This document shows, in pieces, positions 54,065-64,000 of a stretch of DNA of 64,000 nucleotides. Location of the stretch: contig MU005972.1 of NCBI GenBank assembly GCA_010093745.1, positions 1 through 64,000 on the forward strand, read 5' to 3'. The translations under genes were made by a program, and so were the position numbers. Below the pieces are notes generated by a model. It had not been told where the DNA came from, did not search any database, and was given only the letters and a program-made list of their open reading frames with translations. Source of the stretch: Piedraia hortae CBS 480.64 (lineage: Eukaryota). How positions within the stretch are numbered: position 1 is the first letter of the stretch; the number at the start of each line of letters is the position of its first letter.

Positions 54065-57058
54065 CTATCGTTCAGCCCCTCGTTCCAACGCCACCATTTC
54101 ATCCTCCCCGAACCCATCAAATACACTATCCGTCTCCCTCCTCGTCCCCTTGGGGAGAAGACTCACCCTACTGTGCCTCTTCCCCGAAGAAACGTTTGCA
54201 GTTATCCCCTTTAGCGGGACTCGATGCTCCTGTGCAGTCTGATGAGTGACAGCTTGCTGAACGTGATCAACCGTCGACTCTTCCGCGGTAGACAGGAACG
54301 AAGCTTCCGCTTGAGTAGCCTCTTCCGACTCCCGCAAAGCATCCCGGTCGCCGTGCGGAGGATTGACACCCATGGCAAGCATTAGGTTCTTCCTCATAGC
54401 CTCAGCCTGGTGGATTTGGGCATCCTTCTTTTCGCAGAGTTTGTTCAGTTTGTGCACAAGAATCCTCTCTTTCTCAAGACTGTGTTTACACGTCTCCAGC
54501 TCCACCTCCTTGTTGTCGAGCGCGTCTTGGGCATTTTCCACTTCCCGTTCCAAGACGAGAATTTCTTGCTCTTGCTCTGCATGCAGACCTTTTGCTCTAG
54601 AAAGCTGTTCGTTGAGGGAGGAAACCTTTTGCTTGACAGCCTCTAAGGCTTCAGTAAGACGCACATTCGCTTCGCCGAGCGACATAACCTCGTCCTCTGC
54701 GCGTTGGCGAGATGAGGCTTCCTCTTTACAGTTCCTTTGCGAGACTTGGAGTTGTTGCTCGAGGGTGAGGCGCTTGACAGCTTCTGCGTTTGTCACCTCT
54801 TCACACTGCACAACAGCGTTTTGTAGACTTGCTTTTAGCTCAGAAATTGCCTGGTCCTTCTCTGACATTTGCACGCGCAGTGAAGAAAGCTCCTTTTCTA
54901 GCTTTTGGCGAACTGCCACTTGGTCCTGATACACACTGTCGTTGTGTGCGGTTCGTTCGCTGAGTTCTTTGCGCAGCTCAGCAGCGGCGTGTAACGCTTC
55001 GTCCAAGTCATCTTGGTGTTTTGCTGCAAAAGCAGCCTGGTGAAGCTCTGCGGCTTCTATCTCATCGCGGAGCTCATCGAGTTGGCGTTGGTGCTCTTGC
55101 TTCATAGCATCGTTTGCATGGGCAAGTACTTCGCATTCTTGTTTAGCGATAGAGAGGTCATTTGCTTGTTTTTCATTCTCCATACCAAGCCTGACGATAT
55201 CAGCCTTATAGGTAGCGCATTCGCTCTCTAACTGCTTTATGATAGATTGGAGTTGCTCGTGGGCCACTTGCAGTTGTCGATATCGATCTCTTTCCTGGCG
55301 TAGGGGCTCTTCGACACTTTCACACCGTTTCTCGAGATCGTAGCATGCTTGTGCGAACATGCTGGTCAACACCTCCTGTTTCTTTTGTGCTTCAGATGTG
55401 ACGTAGTTATGAAGTGCTACACGCCAGTCTTGGGCTTCTCCCTCTTCCACCTGGACTGTCACTTTCCGAGCCTCATAATGTGTTCTTGGGTGCTCACAGC
55501 GAACTTCTTTTCCCGTGGAGGTGTGCAGCTGCAGCAGGAGGAGACCATCAGTAGTAATTTGCTGATGAGTTAACATGCTTGTCAGTAGCAAGTTAACTAG
55601 ACTGTGAACTGTGGCATTTCGGCTGCAGGTGAGAGCAGGGACGCAAGCCGCATTGGCGACCAAGGAAGGTTCGCCTATACGTGACAATTTCTCGCGAAAT
55701 GCCGGGTTTGCTGAAATATTTACGATTGCTTGGGCAATAGCCTTGTTTGGGCAACTGTTCAAAAACGACAATGCCTGGCTGATAGCTTCCAACGTTACAA
55801 GCCCATCGACTGTCAATATTTTATTCAGAGAGTCGTCGAGCAAATCAACGACGGCCTGCACATCGCTCGATGCGGCAACGCAACGAGTCCAGGCCCCCAG
55901 ATGACTATGGATATATGCTTCCGTCAGAACCGCCGTAGACTTGATCAAATTGGACATGTGTTGAAAAATACCGGTGTGCAGCCTATCTGTCTGACACAGA
56001 TGCGAGACAAAAGCGCACATTTGAAGGCACAAAAGCGAATCAGAGCCGCAAGCCAGTGCTTTCTGCTGCAGCTTTTGTACAATATGCTGGTTTTCGGCAC
56101 ACCAAGCAGATTTAATGTCGCTCGGAATAGCCTCCACAAGTTCGCATGCGAGTCCCAAAGCCGTCATACAGTTATGGATGGATTCCTGAGATTGGCAAGC
56201 CCACATGGTTTGCAAAACTAGTAGCTTGATGGTTTTCGGTGCATGTCTGTGGCTTGAAAAATATTTTTCCATTCCACTGAAGTCCCACTTGGTGTTTCTG
56301 ATTGAAGAGTCCATGTTCCTGAACACTTGAGCAATGATTTTCATAATAGCCAAGCAGTACAATGTTAACAACTGGTTACCAGAAACCACTACTGGCTGAG
56401 ACGCATTGGTGCGGACAATGTGGAATAGCTTCTCCTCTATACTGTTGAGCATATCTTCCGGCAGGATGCCGAGAAGTTGTGAAGCCGTCCCTTTCAAGAT
56501 GCTCCAGACCGGTTGTAAAGTGGCCATGGATGGTGAACGCGATGCGTCATTTACCAAATTTACAAACACTGTCTGGACATCTGCTGGAAGGCTGTAGCCA
56601 TCGGGTAGTGGATGAGCCAGGATGGCAGCTGTAGCTGCGGAGTATCTGGGATCTGCTTCTTCGGAATGAACTGCCTGTGCAACGATGTCATGAAGGAGGC
56701 TTTTCTCAAGCCTCAGCAAGGTATCACGAACTACGACATTGCGTGCTACTGTTGTTAATATATTGGTTGGTTCCAATGCGTTTGACTTACCAAGTCGGGT
56801 AATTATATCCAGGACATACGGCCATTGCCGCAATGCCTCCAACACACGAATGGAAAGATGTCCGATGCGACATTTTCTAAGTTGCATGCATTTTGCGACG
56901 TCTGCGTCAGAGCATTTAGACAGAATAAGATCTCTCAAAGTCTGCCGAACATCAATACAAATTCTGAATCGTTTGCAGAAAGTTTATACCTTGAGCTGCG
57001 TAGGGTAAGGGCAGTCCACAATTCGATCAATCTCTGCAAGCAGCAACTCACAAGCCAT
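54065..57058 (-). CDS. Large uncharacterised protein with helical N-terminal half and long coiled coil; intron 56989-56942 and probable in-frame intron 56790-56746
   Basis: Exon 1 MACELLLAEIDRIVDCPYPTQLK splices in frame to the 957-aa ORF. The C-terminal half is heptad-rich. Confidence 0.75.
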
Positions 57059-57252
57059 GATGGAGTGTGCTGAGTTCTGCGACCACCTCGTCGGCGGCGA
57101 TTAAGCACCGCGACTGGACGCGGCAGTGACGCGACGGTTGTCAGGGGCAACGGGCTGAGCCAGCAGTCCCCGCATCGGTATCGGTATCGGTATGCGGGAG
57201 TAGGAATCTTCTTCTCAGGGATATTTGTCTGCTAGCCGACATCCATGAGACA

Positions 57253-58875
57253 ATGAGACTTCACAGCCTTCCTCGAACACTCTTTCGTCCTGTGCGACCA
57301 AATTTGCGAGGTCGCTGGCAGTCAACGTTCAAACAAGCTCCACCTCAGCAACAACTTTGGAATAATGGAAGGGTTTTGCTCTTTGCAGGATTTTCCAGTG
57401 CCTTAGCATATGCCTTTGGAGTTAGCGACATATCCTCCCATCTGAAGCATGCTCCAGCCTCTAAGCCCGTATATGCTAGTGAATCCGAGCAGGAGAAAGC
57501 GCTTAGAGAGCTGCGCGATGCCTTGGGCGAGGACGCCGTAAGTACAGACGCCGATGACGCCCACCATCATAGTTACTCGGAATGGAACAGTATCAACATC
57601 GATGGTCTTCCTCTTGCCGTAGTGTACCCCAAAAGCACCGAAGAAGTCAGTCGTATTGCCCAGATCTGCCACAAGCACAAAGTTCCCATGATCCCCTACT
57701 CCGGGGGTTCATCACTCGAAGCCCACTTCTCTGCTCCGTTTGGTGGCATCTGCGTCGATTTTTGTTTCATGGACAAAATCTTGGAAGTCCGGCCTGACGA
57801 TCTTGATTTAACTTGTCAACCAGCTGTTGGGTGGATGGCTTTGAATGAGAAGATTGCTCACACCGGGCTCTTTTTCCCCGTTGATCCAGGTCCTACAGCC
57901 ATGATTGGGGGAATGATTGGCACCTCTTGCTCGGGCACTAACGCTGTACGCTATGGAACGATGAAAGATTGGGTTGTAAACATGACCGTTGTTCTCGCAG
58001 ACGGCAGCGTAATTAAAACCAGACGGCGTCCTCGAAAGACATCTGCCGGCTATAACCTTACCGGACTCTTTGTGGGCTCTGAAGGCACTTTGGGCATGGT
58101 CACCGAGATCACGCTCAAACTGGCCGTTATTCCAGAAGAAACTTCGGTGGCTGTTGTTGATTTCCCCGATATTCGCTCCGCTGCAGCTACCGCCATGTCT
58201 GTCATACGTTCTGGAATACCAGTAGGGGCCATGGAGATCATGGACGACGTTCAAATGGCAGTCGTCAACAAGGCGGGGAGCACATATAAGAAGTGGAAGG
58301 AGTTGCCCACTTTGTTCTTTAAATTCAGTGGCACCCCAGGTGCCGTGAGGGAACATATGCAGCTCGTCAGGAAGATGGCTGAGCGGAACGGTGCTGGGGA
58401 ATTTCAATGCACCACCGACCCGGAAAAGCAAAAGGCACTGTGGAGTGCGAGAAAGGAAAGTCTATGGAGTATGTTGGCTTTGAAGCGCGAAGGAGATTAT
58501 GTGTGGACCACCGATGTGGCCGTGCCCGTTTCCAAACTGGCGGACCTGCTCGAAGTGTCCAAGAAGGATCTAGACGAGCTCGGTCTCTTCGCCTCTGCGC
58601 TCGGCCACATTGGAGACGGCAACTTCCACGAGAGCGTTCTGTATAACCGTCAAGACCCTGTTGAGCACCAGAAAGTAGAAGAGTGCTTAAAGAGAATCGT
58701 TGATCGAGCGTTGGCAATGGAAGGCACTTGCACGGGCGAACATGGAATTGGCCTGGGCAAAAAGCAAAGCTTACTGAAGGAACTCGGCCCAGACGTTGTC
58801 GACATCATGAAGAAGGTCAAGCTCGCGTTGGACCCGCTTGGGCTTATGAATCCCGGGAAGATATTCGATCTCTAA
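57253..58875 (+). CDS. DLD1: Mitochondrial D-lactate dehydrogenase (FAD-linked, cytochrome)
   Basis: PYSGGSSLEAH, FPVDPGP, CSGTNAVRYGTM, GHIGDGNFH, GEHGIGLGK and MNPGKIF. Confidence 0.93.
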   Translation: MRLHSLPRTLFRPVRPNLRGRWQSTFKQAPPQQQLWNNGRVLLFAGFSSALAYAFGVSDISSHLKHAPASKPVYASESEQEKALRELRDALGEDAVSTDADDAHHHSYSEWNSINIDGLPLAVVYPKSTEEVSRIAQICHKHKVPMIPYSGGSSLEAHFSAPFGGICVDFCFMDKILEVRPDDLDLTCQPAVGWMALNEKIAHTGLFFPVDPGPTAMIGGMIGTSCSGTNAVRYGTMKDWVVNMTVVLADGSVIKTRRRPRKTSAGYNLTGLFVGSEGTLGMVTEITLKLAVIPEETSVAVVDFPDIRSAAATAMSVIRSGIPVGAMEIMDDVQMAVVNKAGSTYKKWKELPTLFFKFSGTPGAVREHMQLVRKMAERNGAGEFQCTTDPEKQKALWSARKESLWSMLALKREGDYVWTTDVAVPVSKLADLLEVSKKDLDELGLFASALGHIGDGNFHESVLYNRQDPVEHQKVEECLKRIVDRALAMEGTCTGEHGIGLGKKQSLLKELGPDVVDIMKKVKLALDPLGLMNPGKIFDL

Positions 58876-58913
58876 ACTTGTACAAGAGTCCTTATGATTA
58901 ATGCCAACGCCGT

Positions 58914-59906
58914 TCATTGTCCGTAGCTCCTGATCAAGCGATTCATGATGCTCACGGCTCCGGCTTTATAATGGCCTCCGAATAGCGAGTAGTGGTTGAG
59001 GTGGTGGTACAACTCATACAACGAGACGCGATCATCATACTCTTTGACCGGCTCGGTCTTGGGCAAAAGCTTATGATATTCCCTCAAGAAGCTTCCGCCA
59101 AAGCCTCCAAACATCTTCATGATGCCAAGCTCAAACTCGGAATGAGCATACACGGCCGAGCTGTCAAAAATGAGGTCTTCAGGTTGAGACATGCCAGGTA
59201 GTTTGCCAACCCCGGCATTTCCCGACCAGAGATCACCATGAACGACAACCGGAGTAACAGGTTTGCCATTATTCAGATGACCGTCTCCGATCAGACGAGG
59301 AATCACGACATCGCACGTCTGTTCTACTAACAGTTCAAGCTGTTTGTCCGCCCCGTGGGCCTTTTGACAGCGGGCAAGGATGAAGCGTAGTCTTCGATTG
59401 GCATAAAAGGTTGCCCAGGATGATTCATAACTGTTGTCTTGCGGTGTGTCACCGCAGCAGGTTGTGGCAGGAAACCCAAATTGGGGCTTATCATAACCAT
59501 CAGGCACGGGAGCGGGCACAGTATGCAATCTGGCCAACTTTTCCGCTAAATTCAAGCCTCCCTTGCCAGAATGGCTTCCCAAGTCCATAAATTCCGTCAC
59601 GAGAAAACTTTTACCTGGCGAGTCTTTAAACTGGCCGTGTCCGAATGATTTTGGACACAAGGTTGGCACAGCCTCGTGGATGGCGGTGAGAGAGGCATGC
59701 TCGCCCTTGAACATTATCTCTGCCGCTTCTCCACTGCCTGTTTTCAGGAAATATTTCATTCGTCTGCCATCTGGTAGTTGTGTCTGGATGCAAGAGGCAG
59801 AGGCTGACGACATGCCTCCACCACCTGCTCCGGAAACTGACGTAACATTTGGATCAAGTTTCAGAAGGGAGATTATAGCAGAGTCCACCGATGCTCTAGC
59901 CGCCAT
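58914..59906 (-). CDS. Fructosamine/ketosamine-3-kinase family protein
   Basis: MFKGEHASL, FGFPATTCCG, VHGDLWSGN, HSEFELGIMKMFGGF and LYHHLNH. Confidence 0.92.
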   Translation of the reverse strand: MAARASVDSAIISLLKLDPNVTSVSGAGGGGMSSASASCIQTQLPDGRRMKYFLKTGSGEAAEIMFKGEHASLTAIHEAVPTLCPKSFGHGQFKDSPGKSFLVTEFMDLGSHSGKGGLNLAEKLARLHTVPAPVPDGYDKPQFGFPATTCCGDTPQDNSYESSWATFYANRRLRFILARCQKAHGADKQLELLVEQTCDVVIPRLIGDGHLNNGKPVTPVVVHGDLWSGNAGVGKLPGMSQPEDLIFDSSAVYAHSEFELGIMKMFGGFGGSFLREYHKLLPKTEPVKEYDDRVSLYELYHHLNHYSLFGGHYKAGAVSIMNRLIRSYGQ

Positions 59907-60056
59907 TTTTTTGGTGAGTCCAGTCCACTGAAACTTGGAACTCTCGTTGCCTTTTTTAGCGCTGTTCCCAGTGTTGCGCTAGTACAGAAATGTCTAGCCC
60001 CAGCAGCGACCCTGAATGTTCGACATTTGATCGCAGTCAGTTCTGCAACGTGCAAA

Positions 60057-61770
60057 ATGACAGTGACTCGATCGCAAACAGGCAAAACGCCTCGGTTGGT
60101 ATTTAAATGGTCTGAATTACAGCCACTGATTTGATCAAGTAAGCCAGCGTTGCCAGAAGGCTTCGTTGAGACCCCAGGGAGGTTCCGTCGCGTACAGAAA
60201 ACTCACTCCCCACCCAATTTTACGGAGGAGTCAACTGTCAGAAATCCCCACAAACCCTTGAGCGACGCAAGGTCGCAAACTTTGACCAATGGCACAGCGT
60301 CATCTGCCAGTAACAAGAACGTAAAGCCTGTTGGTAGCGGCACAGCCCCCAAGCGGCGTCGCGTAATCGACGGGTGGTTAGAAGGATCAGATCCAAAGAT
60401 TGACCATGATCCTCACTTTGAATTTGGTGGAAGCTGGGGTGTCAGTGCCATGATGATTGGCTTCCCGCTGCTCATGTGGTACATGTGGATTGGGGCAACG
60501 TATTACGACGGCAAATTTCCATCTGAGCCACAGATGACCTGGCGAGAGTTTGGGGAACACCTGGTACATCTTGTCTATACCGGCGCATTCCCCCACACTA
60601 GGGCTTGGCTTATTTACTGGACCTTTCTCGTTGTCCAAGGCCTTTTTTATCTCTACCTCCCTGGTGTTTACGCCACAGGCAAACCTCTGCCTCACGAAAA
60701 TGGCAAGCAGCTTCGCTACTATTGTAGCGGTGTATCCTCTCTCTACCTTACAATTGTCGTGGCTTTGGTGCTGCACTGGACCGGTATCTTCAAGTTGTAC
60801 ACGTTAATGGACGAGTTCGGTCCCTTGATGAGCGTGGCCATAATCTCTGGCTACCTGGTCAGTATCGTAGCCTATGTCTCTGCACTGGCACGCGGGGCTC
60901 AGCATCGCATGACGGGCCACCACATCTACGATTTCTTCATGGGAGCTGAGCTCAATCCTCGCCTGCTTGGCTGGCTGGATTTCAAAATGTTCTTCGAAGT
61001 CCGGTTGCCGTGGTTCATGCTTTTTCTAATATCGCTGTCTGCAGCCACCCGCCAGTATGAGAATTACGGATACGTTTCTGGTGAAGTTGGCTTCTTGCTC
61101 ATGGCTCACTTTTTGTATGCCAACGCCTGCTGCAAAGGTGAGGAGCTCATCGTTTCAACTTGGGACATGTACAATGAAAAATGGGGGTTCATGTTGATCT
61201 TCTGGAACATGGCTGGCGTCCCCTTGTCGTACTGCCACTGCACTATCTACCTTGCAAACCACCATCCAAGCACTTATGCTTGGTCCAAGCCACTTCTCGT
61301 CTGCTTGTATGTCTCGTATCTGTTCACCTATTGGGTATGGGACACGTCACAGTCGCAGAAGAACAAGTTCCGACAAGCAGATCGCGGTCACTCAATAGAA
61401 CGGACTTCGTTCCCGCAACTTCCATGGCGAGAGGTCAAAAACCCACAGCAAATTAAAACAGAATCAGGAGATGCGATCCTGGTGGATGGTTGGTACAAAT
61501 ACGCCCGCAAGATCCACTACACGTGTGATCTCTACTTTGCACTCTGTTGGGGTCTCATCACTGGCTTCGGTTCGCCCTTTCCATGGTTCTATCCAGTCTT
61601 CTTTGCTATCATGATCATCCACCGAGCTTATCGGGACATTCAACGGTGCAAGGAGAAATATGGCGAAAGCTGGACCGAGTATGAGAGGCGAACGCCGTAT
61701 TTATTCATTCCGGTAAGTTGTCTACGGAACGATGTGGATAGGTTGCTGAGAAGCTCAGTTTGTTATATAG
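60057..61770 (+). CDS. ERG4: Sterol C-24(28) reductase; introns 60095-60139 and 61713-61758
   Basis: [30 protein letters not shown] and [15 protein letters not shown]. The spliced C-terminus is YLFIP|FVI*. Confidence 0.94.
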
Positions 61771-61960
61771 TGGGCACATGGGCCGACTACATTTGTCGTC
61801 GTTCACGTAGCGCAATCATTGTTGTCAAATTCGATCTGTATTTAGATGCTGACTTGCAGCGTACAAAGAAGAAGGAGCAGACGTCTACGCCACATGCTGG
61901 TCGAACGGGATTATTCCGCCGCTCACATTCCCCCACTTCGACTGTCCAACCCCTGACGAG

Positions 61961-63142
61961 ATGGCAACGATATTTCGCACCGCGAGTCGTGCACGCGTCT
62001 CACAAAGTTTTATATTTTCCAGGCATGGGCTATGCACTTTACCGAGAATAACAGTACCCGACTTTGCATTTGCGTTTGACATTGATGGTGTTCTGGTGCG
62101 ATCATCCAGAGTCCTTCCAGGTGCTCACGACGCCTTGCATTACCTTCAAAAAAACCGAATCCCGTTTATCTTGCTTACCAATGGAGGGGGTAAAAGTGAA
62201 GCAGACCGGGTGGCAGAGCTGAGCAACACACTTGGCGTCAAGATCGATGAGGTCACTTTTGTGCAAAGCCATACGCCATTTGCCAACTTTGATAAGCTGA
62301 AACAAAAGAACAAAACGGCATTGATTGTGGGAGGGGAAGGGGATAAGTGCCAGGAGATTGCAAAAGGCTACGGGTTCGCTAACGTGGTTACTCCCGGTGA
62401 TATTTTCCACGCGTGTCCAGATATTTGGCCATTTTCCTCGGTATTCTCCAAATACTATGATGAGTTTGCCAAGCCTCTCCCAAAAGCACTCTACACGCCT
62501 GGAATGAAGCTGGAATCTAGCTTCAAAGTCGATTCTATCCTGGTATTCAATGATCCACGTGACTGGGCCCTGGATGCCAGCGTGATCCTCGATCTTCTTC
62601 TATCCCATGCCGGATATCTAGGCACGTTATCTTCCAAAAACAACGATCCAACTCTCCCCAACAATGGCTACCAACAAGATGGCCAGCCGGAGTTGATTTT
62701 CTCCAATCCAGACCTTTGGTACGCAGCTTCCTACCACCTCCCTCGCCTAGGACAAGGAGGCTTCCGCAATGCATTAGAGGGCCTTTGGGCGGCTTGCACT
62801 CACAACGCAACGCTATCAAAAACTGTAATGGGCAAGCCAAGTAATGCCACCTACGCCTACGCCGAGTCGAAGCTTCTCCAGCATCGAAGGGAAATTTCAC
62901 CCGCTGATATTCCGCTACGTACCGTCTACATGGTGGGAGATAACACAGAAAGCGATATCAAAGGCGCGAATAGATGGACGGGACATTCGCCCAAAGGGGT
63001 TACTTGGAAGAGCTTGCTTGTGACGACGGGTGTGTACAATGAAGGTGGTAAGTTTAGAGAAGACGATGCGAGGCCTACAGCGGTTGTAAAAGATGTCCTT
63101 GATGCCGTTAGATGGGCTGTTAGGGATTCCCAGGCTGGATGA
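61961..63142 (+). CDS. HAD-superfamily class IIA hydrolase, CECR5/HDHD5-like, probably mitochondrial
   Basis: [25 protein letters not shown] and [13 protein letters not shown]. Confidence 0.92.
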   Translation: MATIFRTASRARVSQSFIFSRHGLCTLPRITVPDFAFAFDIDGVLVRSSRVLPGAHDALHYLQKNRIPFILLTNGGGKSEADRVAELSNTLGVKIDEVTFVQSHTPFANFDKLKQKNKTALIVGGEGDKCQEIAKGYGFANVVTPGDIFHACPDIWPFSSVFSKYYDEFAKPLPKALYTPGMKLESSFKVDSILVFNDPRDWALDASVILDLLLSHAGYLGTLSSKNNDPTLPNNGYQQDGQPELIFSNPDLWYAASYHLPRLGQGGFRNALEGLWAACTHNATLSKTVMGKPSNATYAYAESKLLQHRREISPADIPLRTVYMVGDNTESDIKGANRWTGHSPKGVTWKSLLVTTGVYNEGGKFREDDARPTAVVKDVLDAVRWAVRDSQAG

Positions 63143-63575
63143 TTAGTTGGTACCTAATTGCAATGAATACAGCACTGTGCATGTTAGAATCTCTGCCTCT
63201 TTTTTATCCTTATATCTGGTTGCTTTCCAGCTCTCGTTTGCCGTTCTTGGTCCTGCATCGTGACAGTGCAATCATTTGAAATGGCACACAACGCACTCAC
63301 TATACACTGCCGATTGCTTATTTGATGCTGTATTGTAGAAGGTGTAGTCAAATCGAAAGAATCTGTCAGATCAAAATCCTTTCATACTTCGGGAAGGTCA
63401 GATTGAATACGACTGGTTGTCTTTTGGTTCACCTCGTGGTGCTAATCAAAAGTTGAGAGAGGTTGCCAACATGACGTCCGTCGACAGTTGCAAGAGTAAA
63501 GTCAAGTCTCCCGTACAACTATCCTCCTTGGTACATTGTTTGATTAGTCTTATACAAAGTCTGCATGGCACTGTT

Positions 63576-64000
63576 TCACAAGATTCCCTTGATAACGGCT
63601 GCTTCGGCATTCAACAGACTGCTTCCAGCGGCGCCTATAACAGTGTTATGACTCAAGGCTACAAATTTTAGATCAAATATACCAGCTTCATCTTGTCTCA
63701 CACGGCCGACACTGACAGCATAGCCAGCACCCGTGTCACGGTCAAGACGCGGCTGAGGCCGATCAGGCTCGTCCATGACCACTACTGCTTGACTTGGGGC
63801 AGAGGGACAGCCCAATTTCTGCGCCTCGCTAACATAATCTCGCAACGCCTTCTTGGCGTCTTCTGCGGAAGGAGACGGCCGCCGAGCAAAAGTCAGGCTG
63901 ACGCAGGCTGTGTGTCCGTCCAAGACCGGTACACGAGTGCATGTTCCGGATATCTTAACATGCTGTTCCTGGAAAGCGGTGCATTCTGCATTCATGCCAC
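63576..64000 (-). CDS. HOM2: Aspartate-semialdehyde dehydrogenase, 3' part (continues beyond the window)
   Basis: [20 protein letters not shown] and [18 protein letters not shown]. Confidence 0.93.
   Translation of the reverse strand, partial: GMNAECTAFQEQHVKISGTCTRVPVLDGHTACVSLTFARRPSPSAEDAKKALRDYVSEAQKLGCPSAPSQAVVVMDEPDRPQPRLDRDTGAGYAVSVGRVRQDEAGIFDLKFVALSHNTVIGAAGSSLLNAEAAVIKGIL

Noticed and set aside
61713..62051. Apparent ERG4 C-terminal extension overlapping the HAD gene
   Set aside because: It is an artefact of reading through the last intron. Splicing gives the expected FVI-stop at 61770.

Overview
This is eukaryotic, fungal (Pezizomycotina-like) genomic DNA with a very compact layout. 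It holds about 33 mostly housekeeping genes, short spliceosomal introns (mostly 44-60 nt) and very short intergenic gaps. Recognisable genes include MGR2 (missed by the ORF track), a Far9/Far10-type FHA protein, UBP3, EPT1, KEL1/TeaA, KOG1, a double-Myb protein, SOS7, VMA22, casein kinase I, SPC19, a HOL1-like MFS transporter, AVO1, SHY1, RPN5, RSM22, RPL37, LIP2, POP7, SNX3, SLU7, DLD1, ERG4 and HOM2. Three accessory islands stand out. (1) About 5.46-8.36 kb is a frameshifted relic of a Mutator-like transposase, which I reconstruct as GCM-type DNA-binding domain + DDE core + USP-like protease His-box + PARP-type zinc finger. (2) About 39.4-40.4 kb looks like a heavily decayed protein kinase pseudogene. 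(3) The first 600 bp carry a palindrome and a tandem CACGTG repeat array. I found no tRNA, rRNA or CRISPR features. All family assignments come from motif recognition by eye; no database search was run.
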